A DNA stretch of 64,000 bases. Origin: Deltaproteobacteria bacterium (GTDB lineage Bacteria > Myxococcota_A > UBA9160 > SMWR01). The stretch spans positions 10,640 to 74,639 of the forward strand of contig JAQBGU010000095.1 in assembly GCA_032128375.1 (NCBI GenBank), given 5' to 3'. This document shows, in pieces, positions 1 through 12,900 of the stretch. The notes beneath the pieces are model-generated. The model was not told the DNA's origin and searched no databases. It saw only the letters and a program-made list of their open reading frames with translations. Both the position numbers and the translations under genes were made by a program. Position 1 is the stretch's first letter; the number at the start of each line of letters is the position of its first letter.

Positions 1-416
1 GCGCATGCCGAATGCCCGCCTTGCTGCGCGTAACCGGCCTTCGACTATTCGGCGCCCGACGGGCCATCTGTAGCGCGTAGTCTGAGTGGAGCCCGGATCG
101 TCGAACATCCTTCGCAGCTCACGGCAAGCTTCCGCCGTGGATACAGTGAGCGGGCCGATCGCGATCGCTGACGGCCGTATTGGGGCCGCCTCCAGGCCGC
201 AACGAATCCGCAGGATTCGCCGCGCAGCCGGCCGAGCTGGCAGGAGATCCAGAGCGGGTCATCAACAGCGCGAAATCCCGCTTGGGGCCTTCGGTTTCCG
301 GCCCGCGAACCGGCTGCCTCTGTGCGCCTTCAGCGCCCTGCCGAAAGTACGCAATTCCGGGCCCAGAAATTCCGATGGGTGGTGATTGCTGGATGTCTGC
401 TAGGTTGCGCGCGCCA

Positions 417-2225
<1,809 letters not shown>

Positions 2226-2367
2226 TCGCGCACTGGCTTTTCACGGTCCAAAGGTCGCCAGGCTGCACTCTTGTTGGTTTTCGCGGGCCGCCAGCCTCCC
2301 ATCTCAGGTTCGCTGCGTCCCGCAGTCTCGCTGGAAGGGGGTCGGAAATTTCACCGGGTCGCGACCT

Positions 2368-2784
2368 TCACTCGGCGGATTCGACGGTGATTCCCACTTC
2401 TTGGCCGAACGCGACTTCGAGCGTGTGGCCGTCCGGGTCACGGATGAACGCCCAGTAGCCGACCGGAGGCCCGTAGTCCATCGGACCGGCGATCAGACAG
2501 CTCTCGTCGCGAGCGCGGTTCGTCAGCTCGTCGATCTCGTCGCGACTTCCACATGCGACACCCAAGTGCGCGAATGGCACAATTGGAAACGCGACATCCT
2601 CGCTTTGGATCAGCACGATCGCGAACGGGCGTGTCTTGTCGCTGAGCCACACGACCTGCGGGCGCCGATGCACGATCTGCATCTTGGCGTACGCAGCGTA
2701 GAATTCGATGCTGGCTTCGAGATCGGTGACCGGCAGCGCAACGTGCGTCAATCCGACATCGATTTCGCGCGTGTCGCGGTTCAA
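2368..2784 (-). CDS. VOC/glyoxalase family protein
   Basis: LTHVALPVTDLEASIEFY and FIRDPDGHTLEV motifs; GGAGG before TTG start. Confidence 0.9.
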   Translation of the reverse strand: MNRDTREIDVGLTHVALPVTDLEASIEFYAAYAKMQIVHRRPQVVWLSDKTRPFAIVLIQSEDVAFPIVPFAHLGVACGSRDEIDELTNRARDESCLIAGPMDYGPPVGYWAFIRDPDGHTLEVAFGQEVGITVESAE

Positions 2785-2834
2785 GTCGGCCTCCGCTTCG
2801 TCCGTTTTTTTTGGGTCGAATCTGCTCGTATCGC

Positions 2835-3209
2835 TCAGAATCTGATCTTGCCACCCGGTGGCGGCTGGCCCGGTACGATGATCCGCGACGATTCTTGCCG
2901 CTGCATCTCACGCGCTTCGTCGATCATTCGTTCGACCGCCTCGCCTATCGCCTCGGGAAATTTCTTCATCGCCTCGGTCATGTCGGCGGCCTCGATTGCG
3001 CAGCTCACCGGGATCGGCCCCATCTGCGACATCAGCTGCGTCTGGCCCTGGAACAGGGTCGGGCGAGCGGGGTCGCTACTTCCATCCGGCTTGACCGGTG
3101 TCAGCCGCCGAATCGTTGCAATCTTCAGATCGGTGAAAACCTCCTCGAGGTAGAGGTTGTCTTGATCGACGCTGATCTCTTCGAGCGGCGTGGCCGAGGG
3201 ACTGCTCAC
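2835..3209 (-). CDS. Conserved hypothetical cytoplasmic protein
   Basis: Protein-like ORF (NLYLEEVFTDLKIATIRRLTPV); GGAG upstream of GTG 3209. Confidence 0.75.
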   Translation of the reverse strand: MSSPSATPLEEISVDQDNLYLEEVFTDLKIATIRRLTPVKPDGSSDPARPTLFQGQTQLMSQMGPIPVSCAIEAADMTEAMKKFPEAIGEAVERMIDEAREMQRQESSRIIVPGQPPPGGKIRF

Positions 3210-3300
3210 TTTCGATCTCCTTTCGCGATTCATGGCACCTGACTCGTGACCGATGAGCCTAGGAGCGCGAGAGGGAGATCGCCAGCTCTACGCTGTCCGC

Positions 3301-5256
3301 TCAGCGCGCTTCGAAGAAGAATGGGCTCGACCAGGCGGTCGCGTCATTGCTTTGGACGACTCGGAGGTAGAGGTATTGCCCGGGGCGCATCTCGAATTCT
3401 GTTCGTTCGAAATGGAGTTCGGCACTACCGTCACCAGAAATCGATTCGATTGGGCCCGTCGAACCCACCAGATCGACGCGTGTGATCGGCTGTGTTCCGA
3501 AAACACTCACCACCAGCCGTGCGGTCCCGCTATCCGCTTCACCGAGATCGAAGCTCGACCCCATCGGCCTGCCATTGAGATGCGCTTGCAGCACGATCCG
3601 CGAGCCACTCGTCGCGTAGACCCGGCGCGCCCGCAGTGCTTCGAGAACGCTCTCACGGGTGAGTTGCTCCGCGGCAATCGCTGCCAGTCCGCCCGACGCG
3701 TAGCCGACATGCGTGATCCCGGGGTGACCGTCGTGTGTGTCTCCGCTGCCGATGAAGCCCAGCCGGTAGCCGCGGTCGAGCGCGTCGCGGACGAAGTTCC
3801 CGGTAACGGGGTTCTTGATCACGACAGGTGCATCCGGTGCCTCGCTGCTGCCGTGGATCGAAGTGACTTCGGTGACCGGTTCGAAATACGGGTCGGGTGG
3901 AATGCTCCAATCGGTCGCGATCGGACCTCCAGCCGAGTGATGCGCGAACGTCAAGGCCGCGGCGCGGGCGCTCCTGAGTGCGCCCCACAGCCGCGCAGGG
4001 GTTTCGAACGACGGGTTCATTGCGCTGAGCAGCTCGCCGCTGCTTTCGAAGTACAGCACGTGCCGATGGCCGAATATCCAGTTCGTCCATTCGAAACCCA
4101 ACAGCGTGACGAATCGGCCCGGTTGATGGAAGGCCTGGTTCGTGCGCCGGATCATTTCCCAGCGCTCGGGTGACTCGTCGAGTTGCAGTGCGCCGAGATG
4201 GTCGTGGTCGGTCAGCGCAACGATATCGAGCCCGGCCGTGTCGCGCGCGTAGCGGAAGTACTCTGCCGGACTGCCCGTTCCATCGGAAACCCCTGAATGC
4301 CCGTGCAGATCGCCCCAGAACAGCGGGGTCGCTTCGGCGCTCACGACGAGCGGGTTGCTGGTTGCGCGGAGCTGTCCGACGGCTGCGACGATGCGGTACA
4401 CGCCCGGATCGACCGCCACGACCTCGAAGTGCGTCGAGCCGCTTTCGAGTGCGACACGCGTTGGAAACTGCAATCCTGCCGGTACGCTGTGCAATGCGAC
4501 ATCGGCGGATGGCGCTGTCGCGGCGTTGCGGTGCGCGTCGATCAGCGCCAGCGTCACGCGCGCAGGCTCGTTCGGAGCGGCCGTCGAGCGCGCGATGGCC
4601 AGTAGCTGGGTGGGCGGCCCGGCTCTGACTTCGATCGCCGGTGAATCGATCAGGTAGCTGTAGGATCCATCTCCGTCGCCATCGACGCCGATCCAAAACC
4701 GCGCTGCGCTTTCCGCGTAGCGATCCGGCAGCGCGAGCCCGGGCCCGGCGCCATAGCGGATGCGGATGCGTTCGCCGGCCCGTAACGGCTCGGAGGGGAA
4801 TCGGATCGTGAGCGACTTGCTTCCGTCAGTTGCTCCGTTGGCCTGTCCAGCGACAGGCGGATCGAGTTCGACCACCGCCGTGGTCGTATCGACCAGCGTG
4901 TAACCCCGCGCGTCGGGTCGGTCGGTTTGCGGGATGCTCCAGCCGCCAATCTGCGGGAGTTGAAACAGGATCGACCCGCCGTGGGCAATCCCAAGACGTC
5001 CCGCTTCGAACACGATCTCGAAGCGATCGGGCGTCGCGCTGATCGCGTAGGGAAGCTGATCTGCCGCCCGCTCGAGCCAGGCGCGCCCAGCGCCGTCGGC
5101 GGGGTGACGGACCCGGTCGCGGAGCGCCCGAAGAGTCTCGAGCCGCTGCCATCGGGCCGTCTTCGGCTCGGACCTGTCGGGCGCAGGTTCGCCGTCGCAG
5201 CCGGCGGAGTTGCACAGCAGTGCGGCCAGCCCAATCGAGCCGATCGCGCGATGCAT
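3301..5256 (-). CDS. DUF3604/CehA-McbA-like PHP-type metallohydrolase, probable lipoprotein
   Basis: WGDLHGHS, ALTDH, GFEWT, GHRHV and GFIGSGDTH motifs; signal ending NSAGC; start may instead be 5340. Confidence 0.8.
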   Translation of the reverse strand: MHRAIGSIGLAALLCNSAGCDGEPAPDRSEPKTARWQRLETLRALRDRVRHPADGAGRAWLERAADQLPYAISATPDRFEIVFEAGRLGIAHGGSILFQLPQIGGWSIPQTDRPDARGYTLVDTTTAVVELDPPVAGQANGATDGSKSLTIRFPSEPLRAGERIRIRYGAGPGLALPDRYAESAARFWIGVDGDGDGSYSYLIDSPAIEVRAGPPTQLLAIARSTAAPNEPARVTLALIDAHRNAATAPSADVALHSVPAGLQFPTRVALESGSTHFEVVAVDPGVYRIVAAVGQLRATSNPLVVSAEATPLFWGDLHGHSGVSDGTGSPAEYFRYARDTAGLDIVALTDHDHLGALQLDESPERWEMIRRTNQAFHQPGRFVTLLGFEWTNWIFGHRHVLYFESSGELLSAMNPSFETPARLWGALRSARAAALTFAHHSAGGPIATDWSIPPDPYFEPVTEVTSIHGSSEAPDAPVVIKNPVTGNFVRDALDRGYRLGFIGSGDTHDGHPGITHVGYASGGLAAIAAEQLTRESVLEALRARRVYATSGSRIVLQAHLNGRPMGSSFDLGEADSGTARLVVSVFGTQPITRVDLVGSTGPIESISGDGSAELHFERTEFEMRPGQYLYLRVVQSNDATAWSSPFFFEAR

Positions 5257-5824
5257 ATTGCCGACGACAAAGGACCGGAAAGCCGACCGCTCTTGGTGCA
5301 CTTTCGCGCGTTTTGCGCGGCTCGACGGCGGGGCTTTCATGAAGTCGAGTTACACGCCCGCGCCGATTGGCGCAAATCGCGCGAACATGGGTTCGATGCA
5401 GAATGACTGGCGGCACGGCTAGGGAGCCATCCAACAGGAAGTGAGCTGCGCAGAAGGGGTCCAACAGGCCAAGGCGAAAGGGTCGGGAACGCCGGCCGAC
5501 CCAATTTTCCCAGTCGGCGACGCAGCACCCGACTGCGCGTTCGGTCCCGAAGACAGCTTTCAGGCCGCTGCGGACGCAGCCGGCGAAGCACCCGGCCCAA
5601 ACGTTTGACTCGTGAGAGCGGACCGCGCGTTCAATCCGGAACCTACCGGCACGCGCAGCGAAGTCGTAGTTCGCAGTTAGTTCAGCGTGAGTCCGAAATG
5701 GGTTCGGACGCGCAGTTCGATGCCGGTACGGAACATCTCGACCCGGTCGTTACGAGGAAAATTCGGGAGGTATGCAAGGCTGGGGGCTGGCGGAGATCGC
5801 CGGTTCGATCCAGTTTCCCGGCTG

Positions 5825-7525
5825 ATGGACGCATCGAGACTCGACCCGGACCAGCGCCGAATGGCGCTTCGCGCGCTCGCAGAGCGGAGCTTCGACATCG
5901 CGATCGTCGGCGGAGGCGTGACCGGCTGCGGGGCCGCGCTCGACGCCGCTTCGCGTGGCCTGTCAGTCGCATTGATCGAAAAGCGCGATTGGTCGGCCGG
6001 CACTTCGAGTCGTTCGAGTAAGTTGATTCACGGTGGCCTCCGATACCTCGAGCAACTTCATTTCGGGTTGGTGCGTGAAGCGCGCTCGGAACAGGCGCTG
6101 TTGATCACCCGGCTGTGCCCACATTTGGTGCGACCGGTGCGCTTCCTGTTTCCGCTGACGCACCGCTTCTGGGAGCGGCTCTACGTAGGTGCGGGTGTGT
6201 GGTTGTACGATTCGATCGGCGGCAAACGAGTGCTGCCGCGTCATCGCCATCTGTCGCGTGCCACGGCACTCGCGGAGTTCCCATCGCTGCGTGACGACGC
6301 GCTGATCGGTGGGATCCAGTATTTCGATGCGCAGGTCGATGACGCACGACACACGATGATGTTGGCACGCAGCGCCGCGCAGTGTGGCGCGGTGGTGGCG
6401 ACCAGCGTGCGCGCGGTCGGCTTCGAGAAGGCGAATGGCCAGGTGACCGGGGTGAGGGCCCGCTGCCTCGAGACCGGCGAGTCGTTCGATATCTCCGCGA
6501 AGCAGGTGATCAACGCCACCGGTGTCTGGACCGAAGGGGTGCACGGGATGGCCGGCGGCGACCATCTGCGCGTGCGGGCTTCGAAGGGAGTCCATCTGCT
6601 GGTGGATCGCGATCGGATCCACGCCGACAGTGGCCTGATCCTGAGAACCGCGAGCAGTGTGCTGTTCGTGATCCCGTGGGGCGCGCATTGGATCATCGGC
6701 ACGACCGACACCAACTGGGCTCTCGACCTCGACCATCCCGCGGCGAGTGGCCGGGACATCGACTATCTGCTCGACTGCGTGAACACGGTGCTGCGAGAGC
6801 CCTTGTGCCACGATGACATCGTTGGCGTCTACGCGGGGCTGCGGCCGCTTCTGTACGGAGAAGACGATGCGACGAGCAAGTTGTCTCGCGAGCACGCTGT
6901 GTCGACCGCGGATTCTGGCTTGATTAGCGTTGCCGGTGGCAAGTACACCACCTATCGGTTGATGGCGAAAGACGCGGTGGATCTGGCGGTGAGTCGCTTG
7001 CCGACGCGGGTACCCGATTCGCAAACGCATCAGTTGCCGTTGTTGGGTGCCGAGGGGTACACAGCGCTCCGCGATCGACGCGAACAGTTGGCTCGCGACT
7101 CGGGCGTCTCGGTCGAGTGTGTCACGCGCTTGTTGGAACGCTACGGTGTGTTGGCCATCGAACTACTCGATCGGATCGCCGAGAGGCCCGATCTCGGTGA
7201 ACCGCTCGAAGGGGCCCAGCGGTACCTGCGCGTCGAGGCGCTCTACGCTGCGACCGACGAAGGCGCTCTTCATCTCGACGATGTGCTGACGCGTCGCACG
7301 AGGATATCGATCGAAACTCCCGATCGTGGCCTTTGCGCGGCTCGCTCAGTTTGCGACCTCGTTCGCGATGTTTTGGGCTGGGACGAAGAGGACGCGCAAC
7401 GTGAAATCGCCCACTACGAGGCGCGCGTCAGTGCCGAACGAGAATCACAGACCCAGCGGGACGATCTCACCGCTGACGCGGCCCGGCTCGGCGCGCCGGA
7501 TGTACGCACAGCCAGTACGCGCTAA
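5825..7525 (+). CDS. glpD: FAD-dependent glycerol-3-phosphate dehydrogenase/oxidase
   Basis: GGGVTG Rossmann motif, GTSSRSSKLIHGGLRYL, AGLRPL, GGKYTTYR. Confidence 0.92.
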   Translation: MDASRLDPDQRRMALRALAERSFDIAIVGGGVTGCGAALDAASRGLSVALIEKRDWSAGTSSRSSKLIHGGLRYLEQLHFGLVREARSEQALLITRLCPHLVRPVRFLFPLTHRFWERLYVGAGVWLYDSIGGKRVLPRHRHLSRATALAEFPSLRDDALIGGIQYFDAQVDDARHTMMLARSAAQCGAVVATSVRAVGFEKANGQVTGVRARCLETGESFDISAKQVINATGVWTEGVHGMAGGDHLRVRASKGVHLLVDRDRIHADSGLILRTASSVLFVIPWGAHWIIGTTDTNWALDLDHPAASGRDIDYLLDCVNTVLREPLCHDDIVGVYAGLRPLLYGEDDATSKLSREHAVSTADSGLISVAGGKYTTYRLMAKDAVDLAVSRLPTRVPDSQTHQLPLLGAEGYTALRDRREQLARDSGVSVECVTRLLERYGVLAIELLDRIAERPDLGEPLEGAQRYLRVEALYAATDEGALHLDDVLTRRTRISIETPDRGLCAARSVCDLVRDVLGWDEEDAQREIAHYEARVSAERESQTQRDDLTADAARLGAPDVRTASTR

Positions 7526-7537
7526 TCTCATCATCTT

Positions 7538-8146
7538 CTACATCGCCTTCTGGATGTAGTACCTCACCAGTTCGAAGCGGTCGTTGCCCCAGAACATCTT
7601 GTCGCCAACGAGCAGGGCCGGGGCCCCGAAGACGCCGAGGTCGATCGCGGAGCGTGAATCGGCTTCGAGCCGATCGCGAATCTCGTCGGATTGGGCTCGC
7701 GCGAGTGCTGCGTCCCCATCCAAGCCTGCTCCGGCCAAGAGCCCGCGCACGACATCGCCATCAGCGATGTCGCGAGCTTCTGCCCATCGCGCGCGATACG
7801 CGGGATAGTGGAACTGGCGGAACTTGCCCGCGTCCTTTGCGACCAGCGCGGCCTGCATCAACAAACGCGGGCTCGGTCGGCTGTTGCGAGCGTCCATCGA
7901 GAACTCGGCACCGCACAACTCGGCCCAGTTGCGCAGATCGTTGGCGTAGTTCTTCATCTTGCGCGGTCCGAGCGTGGGCGGCTTTACGCCCTCGGGCAGC
8001 GGGTCGGGCGACTTCTCGACGATGATGCTCAACAGCGCGGGTCGAAAATCGATCTCGACGCCGAGATCTTTGAAATAGGACTCGGCTCGGCAACTGCCGA
8101 GGTAAGCCCAGGGTCAGGCGTAGTCGAAGTAGAAGGGAAGTTGCAC
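7538..8146 (-). CDS. DsbA-fold 2-hydroxychromene-2-carboxylate isomerase/GST-kappa-like protein, putative selenoprotein (TGA at codon 11)
   Basis: GGAGG RBS, GTG 8146, reads MQLPFYFDYA-TGA-PWAYLG in frame with ORF 7538..8032; family-typical C-terminus GVFGAP...MFWGNDR. Confidence 0.85.
8086..8101 (-). promoter_or_regulatory. Candidate bacterial SECIS hairpin
   Basis: CTCGGC-AGTT-GCCGAG stem-loop starting 12 nt after the in-frame TGA (8116-8114), with G in the apical loop. Confidence 0.6.
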
Positions 8147-8283
8147 CGGTAAATCCTCCGCTGCGCGGCCGAATCGGCCCCGTTTCCGTGAGACGTCTCG
8201 AATGTGTTGACCGAGGGCGGTTGTCGAGATGCATTATCGCTCGAGAATCCACCGATGTCGCGTGTCCATTTCAGCAAGTGGGC

Positions 8284-8823
8284 TCAGTCCGCCGAATCGC
8301 GCGCCTGGTTCGCCCGCGCCTGATCGCAGAAGACGCCGAAGACCAGTGACCTCTGGTTGGGTTCCACCGGTCGTCCGATCAGATCCGCAACGTAGGACCA
8401 TTCCCACCCGACGAGTCGATCTTCGAAGAAGACGAGCGGTTCGAACCGGATTCGGCCCTGCAGAAACGGGCATTTCGATCTGCGCTCGATCTCCACGAAA
8501 AAGCGCACCACCTCGTATCTCTCACCGATGACCGATTCGACGTTCTGGCTGTCGAACGGATTGCTGACGCTTTCCGGCACATCACCGAGATCGGTTCGCC
8601 ACGGTGGGATGACCTCGGTCGATCCCAAGGTGTCCATCGCCGTGGAGCGGGACATTCCGAACTCCAGCGTTTCGCGGGCGCGCAGCGTGCGGCACGCGAT
8701 TCCGCTCGCATCCTCACCCACGCGACACTTCCCGGGCGACGAGCATCCCAGCGCGCCCAACACGAAAAAGGCGGCGAACCAAGCGAGCCTCTGACGTGAT
8801 GCACCGGCGAAATGCGGCGTCAT
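8284..8823 (-). CDS. Hypothetical lipoprotein
   Basis: Hydrophobic stretch with lipobox LGALGC; lies directly downstream of the ADH gene. Confidence 0.6.
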   Translation of the reverse strand: MTPHFAGASRQRLAWFAAFFVLGALGCSSPGKCRVGEDASGIACRTLRARETLEFGMSRSTAMDTLGSTEVIPPWRTDLGDVPESVSNPFDSQNVESVIGERYEVVRFFVEIERRSKCPFLQGRIRFEPLVFFEDRLVGWEWSYVADLIGRPVEPNQRSLVFGVFCDQARANQARDSAD

Positions 8824-8828
8824 GTCGG

Positions 8829-9782
8829 CTACGGCTCGAGGACGACTTTGATCGCGCCACTGCTGCGCTGTGCGGCTATCTCGAACGCTTCCGGTGCGGC
8901 TTCGAGCGGCATCCGGTGGGTGATCAGAGTCCGTGCGATTTCCGGGTTGCGGGCCAGGATCGTCGCAGCTGCATCGACATCTCGCACGGGACCCCGCTGC
9001 GCGTACATCGACGATGCCACGATCGTAATCGCCTTTCCAGTCACCCCGAATGATGGCAGCGTCAAGCCCGCCCAGTAGGTTGCCAAAAGCAGCAGCGTAC
9101 CGCCTGGCCGCAGCGAATCGACGCAGCGTTTCAACGATTGGGTCGTGCCCGCACAATCGATGGCCAGGTCGTATTCGCTGCGGGCCGCGTCCGATTCCCC
9201 GCCACCGCTTGCGCCCAATCTGCGGCCGGCCTCGCGCTGCGGTTGATGCCGCGCGTCGAGGTGAACCGCCAAGCCACTGGCGCTACCCGCCGCCACCGCA
9301 CACAAGCCGATCGCGCCGCCGCCGACCACCAACGCGGTGCGAGCAGCTATCGACTGGACGCGCGCCAGCCCGCAAGCCGCAACAGCCAGTGGTTCGATCA
9401 GGCACGCATCCCGAACGTCGATCCCAGCGGGCAGCGGAACCAAGCAACGCTGCGGGACGCGAATTTCTCGCGTCATTCCCCCGTCGCGTCCGACGCCCAT
9501 GACCATCTGGGGCCCGGTGCGGCACAGGTTGTAGTCTCCGGTCGTACAGAAGTCGCAGCTCCCACAGGGCAGGAGTGGTTCGATCGCCACCGCGGTGCCG
9601 TCCGATAGCTCGCCGGCGATTTCGTGCCCGAGCGTGTGTGTGACTGGAAAGCCGCCGGCGATCATGTGCAGGTCCGAACCGCAGATTCCGGCCGAACGGA
9701 CGCGAACCGCGATCCCCTCGCCACAGGGCTCGGGGACGTCGACCAGTTGCACACGACCCCCCGAACAGCGAACCGCATGCAT
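8829..9782 (-). CDS. Zinc-dependent alcohol dehydrogenase (MDR family)
   Basis: GICGSDLH, GHE, CGSCDFC...C structural zinc site, GGGAIG. Confidence 0.93.
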   Translation of the reverse strand: MHAVRCSGGRVQLVDVPEPCGEGIAVRVRSAGICGSDLHMIAGGFPVTHTLGHEIAGELSDGTAVAIEPLLPCGSCDFCTTGDYNLCRTGPQMVMGVGRDGGMTREIRVPQRCLVPLPAGIDVRDACLIEPLAVAACGLARVQSIAARTALVVGGGAIGLCAVAAGSASGLAVHLDARHQPQREAGRRLGASGGGESDAARSEYDLAIDCAGTTQSLKRCVDSLRPGGTLLLLATYWAGLTLPSFGVTGKAITIVASSMYAQRGPVRDVDAAATILARNPEIARTLITHRMPLEAAPEAFEIAAQRSSGAIKVVLEP

Positions 9783-9917
9783 GGTTGTCTCCTCGATGTT
9801 CTTCGATTGCTTCGCGCAGTCTACCCGTTCCGATCCACAACAATGACCGGCGTGACCCGCGCGATCTGGAATCGCGTCGGAACACGCGAAGATTCGGAAG
9901 CAGCGCTGGCGCTAATC

Positions 9918-12900
9918 CTAGGGAGCGCCGGATATCGGATCGACAAACGGCAGAACGTCGCGTCCCGACGGGCCGGGTGGCCGTCCGAAGTGAGCCACCA
10001 AGAATCCGAAGTCGGGAAAACCCACGAACCCGTCTCCGTCGTGGTCGAATACTTCGTCAGTCGACCTGAATGCAGTGGCGAACCGGGAGAAGTCGCCGAA
10101 CCCGACGATCCCGTCATTGTCATAGTCCGCGTCACAGGCGTTGCCAAAACCGTCTTCGTCCCCATCGCGCTGCAGTGCGTCTCGGACAAACACGCAGCCG
10201 TCTTCGCCATTGGCCAAGCCATCGTTGTCGGCGTCGCCGACCGACTTGAAACACGGGTAGGTGCCTGCGCAGTCCAGGCCCGAGGGACCGACTGGCCCAC
10301 CCGACTGATCGACCATACACATCTGATCGATCGCATCGATTCGAGCGTCGCCGTTGCAATCTGCGTCGGGCTCGTAACCGGGGCCGCCGATCGTCGTGCC
10401 GAGCGATGCCTCGAGCAAACACCAGTCCGAATCGACGCCGGTGCAATCGCCGCCGGGCATACCGGTGATCTCGCCATCGCCATTGAGATCGCCATCGCAC
10501 GCATTGCCGTAGCCATCGCCATCGGTATCGATCTGGTTGCCGACGCACGGGGGGGCGGCGCAGCCGCTGGTCGGTGCCTGATCGACGCCGTTGTCGACCC
10601 ACGGGCAATTGTCTTGGATGTCGAACCAGCCGTCTGCGTCTGTGTCGGGAATCGGGGTCGCGGTAAACCGCGCGCGCGCCGAGCCGACTTCGATCGTCCG
10701 GCTGAGTTGTTGCGGGTACGCGAGAATCGAGATCTCTACGTCGTATTCACCGACCTCATTGACAGAAAACTTCGCGAAGGTGGGCGACGCGGCAGCCAAG
10801 AACAGCCCGATCAGCGAGCGTTCCGACAGATCGCGTTCTCCGACGGCGTTCACCTCGCCCAATTCGAGAAATTTCACGGATCCCAGCACCGGCTCGTCGG
10901 ATTGTCCGGCTTTCTTGACCGTGAAGACAAGCAGCCGCAATCCTTCGATCAGATCGAAGTCAACGCGCGCGGCAACCGTGGTGCGCGCGAAGGCCGACGG
11001 CCCTGGGACGATTCGTGTGACCGGGTTCGCAGGGAGAACCTCGATCACGTTGATGATGTCGGTCGTGAATACTTGATGCCTTTTCGTACTCTTCTTCTTC
11101 TTGTTCTTCGTGTTGTTGTTCTTGTTGTCTTCGTCGGTGTCAGGTGCAGGTTCGGTTTGGATCGAGGCGTGAACCCGGTAGCGTCCCGGCTCCGGAAGTC
11201 GAATCGTTTGCGACACCAGGCCGATTGCAGCAGGCAGGGGTTGGGGCTTCGCCAGGTCGACTTCCTGACCATCGAGCCAGCCGATGATCTTCTTTCGATC
11301 CGGATCGTCCGCGTCCAGCATCGCCCACTGGGCTCTCGCAATTGGGGCGACTGGCGAAGCCAGGTCGAAGCTGAGCGAAAACGACTCGATGTCCGCCACA
11401 TTGAAGTTTTCCGGTACGACGTAGATTCTGGGATCGGCTGGTGGTTGCGCCACGCGATCCTCGTCGACGTTGCCGGTACCTCTCGGATTCGAGCGGTACA
11501 TCCGCCACTCGCGCGGCAGCTCCGCCGCGGCATCCGGGAGGTCCCACACGTGGACGTTTCGGGTGAACGCGACCACCTCGCGATCGCCGTCGGAATCGAG
11601 GTCTGCGACGATGGGTGGCGCCGCCAGGCCCAATAGATCCTGGACCGGAGAATCGGCGGCGTACTCGCCGGTAGCGATCGGCCAACCCTGCGTTGCAAGT
11701 TCGTGTCCGGCGATGTTCCACGCGTGCACCTTTCGGTCACCTGTCACCGCAACGATGTCGAGTGCTCCATCGCCATCGATGTCGGCGAGGGCCGCAGTGG
11801 TATTGGCCGGCCCATCGAGCACGATCGGCCAGCCATCGAGCGCCACACCCCGGTGGTCGAGCACGTGAATGCTCCCGGCGCGATCCCCAATGACGACCTC
11901 GAGCGCGCCGTCTCTGTCGAGGTCGGCCAAAGCGGCAATCGACGCATCGCAGCACGCCACGCGGATCGGCCAGCCTTCGAGCGCGAGACCGTTGCTCGCG
12001 AACGCGTATACCGCGTCTGTGGACGGAACGACGATGTCCAGCTCCCCGTCACCATCGAGATCTCCGACGCTCGGTGCGGTGTACTCGAAGAAGTTGTTGA
12101 CCCGGAAGTTCTGGGGCCATATCGGCGCGGGCTGTCCCGTATGGTCCACCACGGAAATCTGTCCAGTGGAACCCAACAAGATAATCTCCGCGTGAGCGTC
12201 GCCATCAAGATCGGCTACGGTTGGAATCGTCAAGCAGGCGTGCGCGAACGCGCGACTGAAGATCAACGAGCCGTCTCCCCGATACACATCGAGCTGGCAA
12301 GGAGACCGGCTCAGGCCATCCGAATCCAACACAATCACATCCAATGCGCCGTCGTCATCGATATCGGCCAGCACCGGTGTTGCGGTTCGTCCGATCGAGC
12401 CCGGGAAGCGAAGGGCCTTGGGCCAACCGGGCATCGACTGCCCGTCTTGTCCAAAGACATGGATTGCCCCCCCACCCGCGAATGCGTCGCTGTAAATCAA
12501 GACGACTTCATTCTCTGCGTCCCCGTCGATATCCCCGATCGATGGAGCGCCGTGAAAGCCCTGGAATAGCGACGGTGAGAACGGGTAGTCGGTGAAGAAT
12601 CCGAGCGGGTGGTTTACGATCGAGGTGCCATCGTGGTGCCACGCATAGGGACCGAGCAAGATCTCCAGGTCGCCGTCGCCGTCGAGGTCTCCGACGACCG
12701 GGATCATCGGAATCAGTTGCGTCAAGCCGTGCGGCGGCAGCTGCGGCCAGCCGGACATCTCCGGCGGGTCGAATCCGTCTACCTCGATTTGAACCCGCGA
12801 TTCGTACTCGCGGTCGAGATCGTCGACTACCACCAGCCTCAGCGAATACTCCCCGTCCGGCAGCGTCGCTGGGATGATCCAATGTGCCAGAAGCGAATCG

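Noticed and set aside
5545..5575. CCGAAG...CTTTCAGG resembles part of a glycine riboswitch
   Set aside because: No upstream GGAGA element or proper stems found, and the downstream gene is not glycine related
7538..8146. Reading the DsbA-like gene as a nonsense pseudogene
   Set aside because: The single TGA sits exactly at the catalytic position, with an intact RBS and a downstream hairpin; recoding is more parsimonious, though unproven
9624..11636. Long + strand ORF (670 aa) and many similar antisense ORFs
   Set aside because: Shadow frames of real genes in GC-rich DNA with no recognisable motifs
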